IMG/VR virus record: IMGVR_UViG_3300021387_000106
Span: 45,801-109,800 of that record
Direction: 5' to 3' (one strand)
DNA from: a virus
Taxonomy: Duplodnaviria; Caudoviricetes
Length of the DNA: 64,000 nucleotides
Below, piece by piece: positions 30,475-39,116 of this stretch (positions within the stretch are counted from its first letter, which is position 1; the number at the start of each line of letters is the position of its first letter). Position numbers and translations under genes: made by a program. The notes below the pieces were generated by a model. The model was not told where the DNA came from. It ran no database searches and was given only the letters and a program-made list of their open reading frames with translations.

Positions 30475-31031
30475 TAGGAGGTACTGTCGGGCTTTTCCGT
30501 CGCCGCCTGCTGCTCCGTAGCGAGTCCTTGCAGGATAGCTTCTGCTTCCTCTGTCCTCATGTTCATCAGCGTAGCCCTCGCCCCTGTCAAGGACATGGTA
30601 GTCAACAAGAACGGAGTGAGCGGAATTTTTTTTTTGCCCTCTTCGATAAGTTCTTGCAGTTGGATATTATCGTACTGCCTGACATAATAGAACCAACGCC
30701 ACAAGTACCAGTAACGGAACTTTAATTTCCAGAAGCCATCAAGAACGATTATCGCAGCAGCCTTACAAGCCAACTTCGAGTCCTCTAAGATAGCATCCAA
30801 AGCGTTATCCTTTGCACCATCCTCATTGTCAGTATCGCCCTTGCGTATCAGCAAACGGCTCAACTTGTCTATCTGTCCGTTCTTCATCCAACGTACCTTG
30901 TACTTCTTCTTTGTACCAAGAATACCGACAATGGTAGCGTCGTTGTCACGGATGGAGGCGTATGTTCGCTGTGCCTCTACGGATGGTTGTTCCACCTTTG
31001 GTTCCTCAGTTTTCTTTCCCATAAAAGCCAA
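30474..31031 (-). CDS. Tail assembly chaperone
   Basis: Between the major tail and tape measure genes; contains a GGC-A10 slippery run at 30626-30635. Confidence 0.7.
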   Translation of the reverse strand: MAFMGKKTEEPKVEQPSVEAQRTYASIRDNDATIVGILGTKKKYKVRWMKNGQIDKLSRLLIRKGDTDNEDGAKDNALDAILEDSKLACKAAAIIVLDGFWKLKFRYWYLWRWFYYVRQYDNIQLQELIEEGKKKIPLTPFLLTTMSLTGARATLMNMRTEEAEAILQGLATEQQAATEKPDSTS

Positions 31032-31058
31032 GAATTAAATCAGTAATTTCTTAAAATT

Positions 31059-31098
31059 GAAAAAGGGCAGCGACGGCTCGAAGCAGTCACCGCCCCCT
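31059..31098 (-). terminator. Terminator after major tail gene
   Basis: Imperfect GC-rich hairpin with a minus-strand U-run. Confidence 0.45.
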
Positions 31099-31131
31099 CA
31101 TGAAGTAGGTATTTTGTGGAAAAGAAATTCC

Positions 31132-31710
31132 TTATGCCTGGAGTGACAGAACACCCAGAGCGTCGGCGGCAGCACCTTCCTGAATAGAACCAGTCAGTGT
31201 TACGCACAGAGGCTTGTTGGAACCGTCGAATACCACAGCAGCCATCAGCTTTGCCTTCTTTACGAAGAAAGCGTTCTCCTCGGTGTCGTCGAGAGCGAAC
31301 AGACCAAGGATGACAGCCTTGCGGATGCCAGAGAATACCTTACCCTGATAGGTCTTACCCTTGAATACGTTTCCTTCGCCGGAAGCGCCGTTGATGGTGA
31401 GGTCAGCAGAAGTGAATCCGCAGAACGTCAGAATGTCGGTGTCATGGCAAGGAATCTCAATGGTGATCTCAGTGTCACCAGGAGTCATCTTGCTCGTCCA
31501 GTACACACCCAGACCATGAATCTTGAATCCATCAGTCGTAGGAGTACCCTCAGAGTAGTTGAAACCAGAGTCCTCAGAGCAAGGGAACTCACACATCTTA
31601 GTCTCGTCGAGAGTGATAACACCCTCAGTAGCGGTGAAGCCACCCTTCATTGCAAAGAGCGAACTAATACCAGTCAGGACGTTAGCCTGCATTTGAGCCT
31701 TTGTTTTCAT
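31132..31710 (-). CDS. Major tail protein
   Basis: Position, size (192 aa) and strongly biased codon usage typical of highly expressed genes. Confidence 0.7.
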   Translation of the reverse strand: MKTKAQMQANVLTGISSLFAMKGGFTATEGVITLDETKMCEFPCSEDSGFNYSEGTPTTDGFKIHGLGVYWTSKMTPGDTEITIEIPCHDTDILTFCGFTSADLTINGASGEGNVFKGKTYQGKVFSGIRKAVILGLFALDDTEENAFFVKKAKLMAAVVFDGSNKPLCVTLTGSIQEGAAADALGVLSLQA

Positions 31711-31723
31711 AATCTAATCTTAT

Positions 31724-32152
31724 TTAATTGTTATTAAATGAATTAACCTTAGTCCTTAAATCGAAAGTAACCGTATAGACAAAGAAATTGTTTCCGTCAT
31801 AACCGCGAGAAAGCACAACTGGATTCGTAATCTTTATGTGCTGTGCGCTATATGGAAAATTGCTCTTTACGTCATGTACCAAATCGGAAATCGAATTTCC
31901 GTTCAAAGTAGAGTCAGTTTTAGCACGGGCGAAACAATAGAAAACACCAGTGGTTTTGAGCGAGAAATCGCTATTGCCAACAACAATGTCATCAATGTCA
32001 GTAGGCAGGTCGATAACAACAAACGTTTTCATCTTATCAGAGACAGCATCAGGACGTTTGCCCCAAAAGATATAGTCCTCTGACATGAACTGAGCGAGAT
32101 AGTCCGTCAGCTCATTGTAGATGATTGAGATTGGTGTTTTCGGTGCTGCCAT
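31724..32152 (-). CDS. Tail terminator/completion protein
   Basis: Synteny and size. Confidence 0.55.
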   Translation of the reverse strand: MAAPKTPISIIYNELTDYLAQFMSEDYIFWGKRPDAVSDKMKTFVVIDLPTDIDDIVVGNSDFSLKTTGVFYCFARAKTDSTLNGNSISDLVHDVKSNFPYSAQHIKITNPVVLSRGYDGNNFFVYTVTFDLRTKVNSFNNN

Positions 32153-32155
32153 AAC

Positions 32156-32734
32156 TTACGCTGCCTTTAAGCCTATAAACTGAACTGCTGCCTTTTCGGT
32201 AGCTTTCTTTATCTGCAAGTAACCCGCCGTATGCCTTTGTTGCTCGATGAACTCTGCATATTCCACCGTATAAGCTACCACGATAGTAAACGGAACGTCC
32301 ATTGTCGGTGAATAGCTGTTGGCGAACTTCGCTGCATCCTCATAACCCCAACGTCCGTTGACTGGAATAGTCGGGCGATACCTTGAATCGCGTTGGTCGT
32401 AGTCGGGATGGAAATGATACAGATTCTTTCTCGCTTTACCCCTCGTAGTCACAGATGACATCTTTGGCGCAATTGCAGGCTTTACCTCTTCTGCTGCAAA
32501 GAAGAAATCCACAGTCTTGGGAATCCTCTTAGTCCTCGTATAGAGAATGACAACAATAGAGTTTAGCAAGTTACCAGTGAAGTTGTGCGCATTTCTATCA
32601 CGCTCCCTGAACTCAATGGCAAGGTCGAGAGTCTGACCGCACCACTTGAAAAGAGTGTCGTAGATGGTTTGCTCCATCAAACGCTCAAAATCGCGTGCAG
32701 CCTTTTTGACTACCATTACATTAGTTCCTGCCAT
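32156..32734 (-). CDS. Neck/tail-completion protein (HK97 gp10-like)
   Basis: NFTGNLLNSI and VEYAEFIE motifs; synteny. Confidence 0.6.
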   Translation of the reverse strand: MAGTNVMVVKKAARDFERLMEQTIYDTLFKWCGQTLDLAIEFRERDRNAHNFTGNLLNSIVVILYTRTKRIPKTVDFFFAAEEVKPAIAPKMSSVTTRGKARKNLYHFHPDYDQRDSRYRPTIPVNGRWGYEDAAKFANSYSPTMDVPFTIVVAYTVEYAEFIEQQRHTAGYLQIKKATEKAAVQFIGLKAA

Positions 32735-33080
32735 AATTCCAAAGAATGTGAGTTCCTAAATTACTCGGCATAATGTCCTTCACAAGTCCGTATTCAGTAT
32801 ATCCGAATTTCTGAACCTCAACTATATCACCTTCTTGCGGTATTGTCTCTTCCGTCCATTCATCCTGTTTCTGAGGCAGTGACAGCTTTCTGTTAGAAGA
32901 AATAAGTTCTCCACTGCTTGATGTAGTATTGAAGTCGAAACTCCTGCAAACCCCCTCATAAATAACAACAGATTCCTGCTCATCGTCATCGTTGCGAGGG
33001 CTTTTACTCTGTGTGGCACTGCCTCTTACGACTCTGCTGATTTTGCAAGTATGCGGAAAACGAGGGTTATCTACTGGCAT
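32721..33080 (-). CDS. Head closure protein
   Basis: Synteny; RFPHTCKI start; beta-rich. Confidence 0.55.
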   Translation of the reverse strand: MPVDNPRFPHTCKISRVVRGSATQSKSPRNDDDEQESVVIYEGVCRSFDFNTTSSSGELISSNRKLSLPQKQDEWTEETIPQEGDIVEVQKFGYTEYGLVKDIMPSNLGTHILWNYGRN

Positions 33081-33085
33081 AGTGA

Positions 33086-33508
33086 TTATCTTTTACGGGT
33101 TCCTCCGTAGTGACGGATATTGTGAAAGCCATGACCGACCATCCCCCAGGCATTGTTCCCGATTGTATCAAGATTATACTTGGCGAATATATCGTTAGCC
33201 ATGCGCAAAAAACGATTCAGAACGTTAGCCGACATCTGTTCACCACCTTCGGCATGAGACCAGTCACCATCCTTATCAGAACGTTTCTCGGACATAGTTG
33301 GAGAGCCTGCAATCCAAACATACAAGAACGCAGTAGATAAATCCAACTGCTTCTCAGAAAGGGTTGAAACCTCTGTACCTGCCTTAATAGTTCCTGCCTT
33401 TACGGATGCGTCGGCAAGAATGGTTTTCAAGGCATCGTCCGTAACGAGAATGTTACGGACTTTGCCTCTCAGGTATTGCTCTATCGTGAAAGAATTTTCA
33501 GTAGGCAT
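33086..33508 (-). CDS. Head-tail adaptor protein
   Basis: Immediately follows the major capsid gene. Confidence 0.55.
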   Translation of the reverse strand: MPTENSFTIEQYLRGKVRNILVTDDALKTILADASVKAGTIKAGTEVSTLSEKQLDLSTAFLYVWIAGSPTMSEKRSDKDGDWSHAEGGEQMSANVLNRFLRMANDIFAKYNLDTIGNNAWGMVGHGFHNIRHYGGTRKR

Positions 33509-33543
33509 ATTCTTTGTCGCTTAATTACTTCCAATAACAGAGA

Positions 33544-34686
33544 TTACTCGTGATATACGGTTGCGATACCGTAGTCGTGAGTGTTGTTGAACACCGGGCC
33601 TGCGTAGAGTTCGCAATCCACGATATTCATCATAGGACGATCCTGCCAAACATTCTGAACGGCAATACGACCCTCTACGAAAGAGGTACGAACGCTGTCA
33701 TTGTGTGCGCCAGCCTCGGCACGGTCTTTCAGGATGGAGTTCATGCACTTCATCTCGAATGGACGATATGCGCGGCTTGCAGCAACCATGTTGTGAATGT
33801 CGAAAGCTGGTTCATCGTTCACGGGCTTTCCGTCCTCTTCGTGGCGAGACTTGAAGTCGATGACCTGGAAAGGCCAAATCTTCATGTCGTTGTGCAACCA
33901 CTGGAGAACGTCAGAGTCAACTACCTTAACCAGCGTTGGTGAGAAGTAGTTCTTAGAAGCAGTGTAAGCGTTGCGAACGCTTGGGTGCTTGATAATCAGG
34001 TCGAGCAGACTCTTAGACAGCTTCCAGTGATCCACACCAAGATTCAGGGTCTCAGTGTAATACTTTTGGAACGCCTTAACATCCTCGATGATGTCAGCAT
34101 CCTCGTTGGCAACGAGTTTACCACCCTCATACTTGAACCACTCCTTACCAGTGTCGGGAGAAACAAAGTTCTCGTCGGGAATCTGGAACTTGAAGTCGAA
34201 CTTGTAGCCATCAACGGCAACATCGTGAATCTCACCAGTTGACATTGCCTGCAACGTCATATAGGTAAGTTCGTTGTGTACGCCGCCAAGCATATTCTGT
34301 GAGTTGGTGATGAAGCAGTCAACCAACGACTCGCCAAACGTCATATCATTGAGCTTCGAGATACGACGAAGTTCAATCATGTCGTCCTGAGTGATGTTGA
34401 AGCCATGACCTACCTGGGGCAGAGTTCCACCGTAGATTTCCCAACCCATAGTGCTGCGCTGTGGCTTCTCAGAGTGAGTACCCAGAACAGATGCACGAAC
34501 GAGAATAGGAGTCTTCTTGATGCCCTGCTTCCACTCACGCTCATTGGTCGGTTTACCCCAAGACGCAAACTGACGCCAAAGTGCCTGATTGTACTTTGCG
34601 TTAGCGTTGTCGAGGATAAGACCAAAATTCTCAGCATCTACATACTGATGCAGACCGCTGATTCCGTAAAGTCTTGCGTCTCTCAT
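33544..34686 (-). CDS. Major capsid protein
   Basis: 380 aa with high-expression codon bias; ELTYMTLQAMSTGEI resembles lambda gpE-type capsids; follows the scaffold and decoration genes. Confidence 0.8.
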   Translation of the reverse strand: MRDARLYGISGLHQYVDAENFGLILDNANAKYNQALWRQFASWGKPTNEREWKQGIKKTPILVRASVLGTHSEKPQRSTMGWEIYGGTLPQVGHGFNITQDDMIELRRISKLNDMTFGESLVDCFITNSQNMLGGVHNELTYMTLQAMSTGEIHDVAVDGYKFDFKFQIPDENFVSPDTGKEWFKYEGGKLVANEDADIIEDVKAFQKYYTETLNLGVDHWKLSKSLLDLIIKHPSVRNAYTASKNYFSPTLVKVVDSDVLQWLHNDMKIWPFQVIDFKSRHEEDGKPVNDEPAFDIHNMVAASRAYRPFEMKCMNSILKDRAEAGAHNDSVRTSFVEGRIAVQNVWQDRPMMNIVDCELYAGPVFNNTHDYGIATVYHE

Positions 34687-34707
34687 AATGCAAATCTCCT
34701 TTTAGTT

Positions 34708-35358
34708 TTACTTGCGGTTCGAGAATCGGAAGAAGCAGCCATTGTCTGCCAAAGCCTTTTTGAGGCTTGCTGTCAGAGGCGGCATACGACGCTCAAGAAC
34801 GGGTTTGTCGATACAGTTCCAAACCGCATCTACGTCAATGGCGTAGGCATCGGGGTCGAGAACATTGTCACAATAGGTCAAAGCGTTAGGAACAACCTTC
34901 ACCTTCTTGTCTGCACCAGCCTCGGCGAGAACATCACCAACTGAGATTCCTTCGACAGAATCAACAGTCAGAACGTCAACGTCAAGTGCGCTTGCGTCAA
35001 TGCTTGCAATGGTAGCAACCTTGGCGGCAGCAGTGGCGAGGTCAGAACCTACGACGATGAGTTTCATGCCAGACTTAGCAATACTGCCAGTCTCAAACTT
35101 CTCTACGGTGATAGTGTTGTTCTCAGAATCAACAGCAGTCACCTTGAACGTGAACAGAGGAACGATAGAACGTACTCCTGCGGTCTCGTCTGCGAACACC
35201 AACGTGCCTGCTGCCATCGCATTAGGATAGAGAGGCATATCGGCAATCTTGCAGTCAAAACCACCAACGAGCAAAGTAGGTTTAGCCTCGTAGCACTTAC
35301 GGACACCACCCCAATTCTTCGACCACTTCACGTAGTTGTTGATAGTTCCTTGTCTCAT
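34708..35358 (-). CDS. Head decoration protein
   Basis: Between the scaffold and capsid genes; high-expression codon bias. Confidence 0.6.
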   Translation of the reverse strand: MRQGTINNYVKWSKNWGGVRKCYEAKPTLLVGGFDCKIADMPLYPNAMAAGTLVFADETAGVRSIVPLFTFKVTAVDSENNTITVEKFETGSIAKSGMKLIVVGSDLATAAAKVATIASIDASALDVDVLTVDSVEGISVGDVLAEAGADKKVKVVPNALTYCDNVLDPDAYAIDVDAVWNCIDKPVLERRMPPLTASLKKALADNGCFFRFSNRK

Positions 35359-35418
35359 TTTTGAAAAATTTTTATATTACACAATAAATGGTTTTTGAAT
35401 CCACCTCAACTTAGAGTT

Positions 35419-36288
35419 TTAACAGAAGGTTTCTTCCATCTGTTTTGAATAGTTCTGGTTATCCTCGGCTTCCTTCTTCAATTGCTCAATACGGCTCTTT
35501 ACGTAGGAATTGTCGCCACCTGCTTCACCGCCAGTACCATCACCGCCGAAAGGTTTGCCACCGTCGCCATAGGCTTCCTTGTAAACGGATTCGTACTCCT
35601 TTTTCACTTTGAGTTTCAAAGCGTCGATGTCTGCATCGGCAACCTTCTCGATTCCTGCAACAACATTCTTTACAGCGAGGTTGATTGCAAAATCCTTTGT
35701 GGCTTTCTCACCAGTCAGGAAATCTTTGAGTTCCTTACCGATAGAAGCAAGTTTAGCCTGCTCCTGTGCGGCTGTCTGGGTCTTGATGAACTCAGATGTG
35801 GCATTGAGCTGAGTGCCAAGCAATCCACTCTTGCCATCCTCACCAAAAAGTTTCTTGTTGTAATCTTCGAGAGCCTTGGTAACGATATTAGCAACATCAG
35901 TGTTTTCTCCACCTTTGCCACCTTCGCCGCCAGTGCCTCCAGTACCGCCAGTGCCACCGCTTCCACCAGTACCGCCACTGCCTGCATGGTCTTTCTCCCA
36001 CTGGGCTTTAGCTGCTGCAACGGCATCGTCGATAGCTTTCTGCTGTTTCGTCTTGTTCTGAGTCTCGAAGTCTTGTGCGAACTTCATGCGGCTCGATTTT
36101 GCCTGACCCGCAAAGTTGGTTAGAACCGTGATAGGCTCTTTCCAAGTGTCATCAACAATCTTCGTATCGTCAGCGAAACGAGGTAAATACAAATCGGCCA
36201 TAGCCTCAAAGGTCTGGTCGCTGATGAACTCTAAGTTGTCTTCTCCAACGCGAGTTCTGAACTCTGAAATTAAGTTTGTCTTCTCCAT
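35419..36288 (-). CDS. Capsid scaffold protein
   Basis: Helical, with a GGTGGSGG linker. Start moved to MEKTNL, downstream of the promoter at 36321-36328. Confidence 0.65.
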   Translation of the reverse strand: MEKTNLISEFRTRVGEDNLEFISDQTFEAMADLYLPRFADDTKIVDDTWKEPITVLTNFAGQAKSSRMKFAQDFETQNKTKQQKAIDDAVAAAKAQWEKDHAGSGGTGGSGGTGGTGGTGGEGGKGGENTDVANIVTKALEDYNKKLFGEDGKSGLLGTQLNATSEFIKTQTAAQEQAKLASIGKELKDFLTGEKATKDFAINLAVKNVVAGIEKVADADIDALKLKVKKEYESVYKEAYGDGGKPFGGDGTGGEAGGDNSYVKSRIEQLKKEAEDNQNYSKQMEETFC

Positions 36289-36320
36289 ACTTAATGTTAA
36301 ATTGAAGTAAAAATTCGTGA

Positions 36321-36422
36321 CAAATTTAAATAGAAATATGTGTTCTGAGATTTGGAATTTTCTAAAATCTTGACATTTTAGACGCAAATAACCCTTTTAA
36401 ATAGGCATTTGTCTTATTTTTG
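36321..36422. promoter_or_regulatory. Divergent promoter pair around the same 22-bp motif
   Basis: Minus-strand TAAATTTG at 36321-36328, motif at 36357-36378, plus-strand TATTTTTG at 36415-36422. Confidence 0.7.
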
Positions 36423-36449
36423 CACTGATTTGTAAAGATTTATGCTTAT

Positions 36450-39104
36450 ATGGAGAAATTTACAGGACTTACGACTACCGATGGAAAACCCGTAATATCC
36501 AATGAATTTATTGCGGACTTACGGGAGCGTGAAAAAGACAAGATTCAATCAAATAATTTTGTCGCTCAGGTTGGTCCCCAAGAGGATGACCTTCACGCTT
36601 CCGTTGACATTCTGATTACTGGCGGTAATCGTGGTGGTGGAAAAGCCAATACTTACTATACCCCGATAGTTACTCCCTATGGTTATAAGAGAATGGGCGA
36701 ACTTGAAGTTGGTGACGAAATATGTACTCCATACGAAGGTGTGCAGAAAGTCACTAACATATTCGAGCAAGGCGAAAAAACCATTTATAGTTTCCATTTC
36801 GATGACGGAACAAGTGTTCAATGTATGGACGAACACCGATTTTGGGCTAAACTGACAGCATCTGGCGACTATAAGGAACTGACTGCAAGGGAGATTATGA
36901 ACAACTACAAGTTGGGATTGAAGAATCCGCAATCTCTACGTTCAGGTCGTGAATACACCGAGATTCCTCTTTGCGGAGAGGTGAAGATGCAGGAGAATGT
37001 AACTCCTATTGACTTACCTATCCACCCATTCCTCTTTGGTCTTATAGCAGGGAAAGGTGTTTGGCATTTCGCAAAGATTGGTGTATCAATCGTAAACGCT
37101 CCAAGAGTATTGCAGTTTGCCTACAAAATGGGTTACAAGCCAAAGAAGATTAATGGTTTCTATTACCTCAAAGGAATAACCGATGAAAACAGACGGATGA
37201 TTACGAAATGCCGTGCAGAGGAACCATCCTTTATACCTCAGGAATATTTGACTGCAAGCATAGAAGCACGTTGGGATTTGGTACGAGGTATTTTGTACTC
37301 TGGAGGTAGATCAAAGAATAAGCATCCTTATCTTGCACTGCCTAACAAACGTTTCGTTACGCAATTCGCTGAACTTGTCCGTAGTCTTGGTGCTTGGGCG
37401 AAAGTGTCAGAAATTACCGATGACCCTGAAAAGGTTGGGTACTGGCAATGTATAATGATTTTCCCCAATGACAAGGAAGCATGGCAGAAGTGCGATTATA
37501 AAAACATGGCACACATCAATGCCGATAAGATGGTTAGCCCGACACAAAGAGGCTGTTTGACAAAGAAGATTCTCTATATCACAAAACAAGACCATAAGCA
37601 AAAATGCAGATGTATAACGGTTTCTGGCAAGCATCACTTGTATATGACTGATGCTTTCACTATCAACCACAACACGTTTACTTTGCTCATGGAACCATTA
37701 TATGACATCGACAATCCACGATTCAATGGTGTCATATTCCGAAAAGAGAAAGATGACCTTAATAATATTATACGCACGTCGCGCCTGATGTATAGTCCTT
37801 TCGGACACTTCAACAAGTCTAAGGATGATTTGACCTGGTACTTCGATAACGGCTCTGAATTGTCATTCCAGTACTATGCTGATGCGTTTGATGACTTCAA
37901 AGACAGATTCCAAGGACGTGAGTATTCCTTTATCGGTGTGGACGAGATTACGCAGATTGAGTTTGAAAAGTTCAAGTATCTCGTAACGAACAACCGAAAT
38001 TCAGCTTTCATCAAGAATAGGATGATTGGCACTTGCAACCCTGACCCTCTTTCATGGGTACGCAAGTTCATTGACTGGTGGATTGATGAAGATGGATTCC
38101 CAATCAAAGAGCGAGACGGAGTTATCCGCTACTGCTACATGAAAGGCGATTCCGTTGATACAATCGTTTGGGGTGATACCCGTGAAGAGGTCTATGAGCA
38201 ATGTAAGGAAGAGATAGATAAACTATGGGAACCTGAATATGAGGAAATGGGCTATACCAAGGAATCTATGTTCACGAAAGCCGTTACATTCATTCGTGCT
38301 GAGCTGAAATACAACCGCAAGCTGTTGCAGACCGACCCATCGTATTTAGGAAACCTCGCACAACAGGGAGAGGAACAGCAAGCCCGTGACCTTCAAGGAA
38401 ACTGGAACTTCATGGCAATGGGTGATGACCTTATCAAGATGATTCATTTGCAGCGTTGCTTTGAGAATCCGCAAATGATTGGTGACGGAATACACAGAGC
38501 CAGTTGTGACGTTGCTTTCACTGGTGGCGACAATTGCGTACTTTGGCATTGGATCGGTTGGCACGTAGCTGATGTGTTCGTCTGTAAGCTCGATTCGGTG
38601 AGTACTTGCAATGCTATCAAGGCGAAACTCGACGAATGGGGAGTGCTGGAAAAGAATTTTGTATATGACCTCAACGGATTAGGACAGACTTTCAAAGGTT
38701 TCTTCAAACAAGCACGTCCGTTCAATAACGTTGAGGCTGTGGAACAGAAATACAAAAACATCTACGACAGCAAGAAGTCGCAGTGTATGTATCTCTTTGC
38801 AAAGAAGATTATCGACGGAGAAATCAGTTTCTCACCTGAATTGCTCGATAGAAAGTTTGAAGTTGGTAAGAGAAATGGAAAGAAAGGTCAAGTGATGCGA
38901 CTCAGAGACATTCTGATGTTAGAGCGCAAATGCGCACGTCAGGATGAATCGAAAGCCGATAAAGGATGGTGTGTCATCAAGAAGGAACAGATGAAGCAAC
39001 TCGTAGGTTGGTCGCCTGACTTCTTTGAATCCTTGATGATGCGGCAGGACTTTGATGTAAGTCGCAAAACCGTGACTATTCCCGGTTGGGTTCGTAATTT
39101 CTAA
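36450..39104 (+). CDS. terL: Terminase large subunit with intein
   Basis: Walker A GGNRGGGK/T split by the intein, Walker B FIGVDEITQ, GTCNP, and nuclease-domain CDVAFTGGD and SPDFFES. Confidence 0.92.
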   Translation: MEKFTGLTTTDGKPVISNEFIADLREREKDKIQSNNFVAQVGPQEDDLHASVDILITGGNRGGGKANTYYTPIVTPYGYKRMGELEVGDEICTPYEGVQKVTNIFEQGEKTIYSFHFDDGTSVQCMDEHRFWAKLTASGDYKELTAREIMNNYKLGLKNPQSLRSGREYTEIPLCGEVKMQENVTPIDLPIHPFLFGLIAGKGVWHFAKIGVSIVNAPRVLQFAYKMGYKPKKINGFYYLKGITDENRRMITKCRAEEPSFIPQEYLTASIEARWDLVRGILYSGGRSKNKHPYLALPNKRFVTQFAELVRSLGAWAKVSEITDDPEKVGYWQCIMIFPNDKEAWQKCDYKNMAHINADKMVSPTQRGCLTKKILYITKQDHKQKCRCITVSGKHHLYMTDAFTINHNTFTLLMEPLYDIDNPRFNGVIFRKEKDDLNNIIRTSRLMYSPFGHFNKSKDDLTWYFDNGSELSFQYYADAFDDFKDRFQGREYSFIGVDEITQIEFEKFKYLVTNNRNSAFIKNRMIGTCNPDPLSWVRKFIDWWIDEDGFPIKERDGVIRYCYMKGDSVDTIVWGDTREEVYEQCKEEIDKLWEPEYEEMGYTKESMFTKAVTFIRAELKYNRKLLQTDPSYLGNLAQQGEEQQARDLQGNWNFMAMGDDLIKMIHLQRCFENPQMIGDGIHRASCDVAFTGGDNCVLWHWIGWHVADVFVCKLDSVSTCNAIKAKLDEWGVLEKNFVYDLNGLGQTFKGFFKQARPFNNVEAVEQKYKNIYDSKKSQCMYLFAKKIIDGEISFSPELLDRKFEVGKRNGKKGQVMRLRDILMLERKCARQDESKADKGWCVIKKEQMKQLVGWSPDFFESLMMRQDFDVSRKTVTIPGWVRNF
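36645..37673 (+). mobile_element. Intein (343 aa, Ala1, degenerate LAGLIDADG domain)
   Basis: Begins ANTYYTPIVTPYG...GDEI and ends CRCITV...TINHN/T. Removing it restores GGGK-T. Confidence 0.9.
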
Positions 39105-39116
39105 ATACATAACGTT

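Noticed and set aside
35908-35985. GGT/GGC-rich repeat in the scaffold gene as a regulatory repeat
   Set aside because: It encodes a Gly-rich linker with varied codons, which explains it at the protein level.
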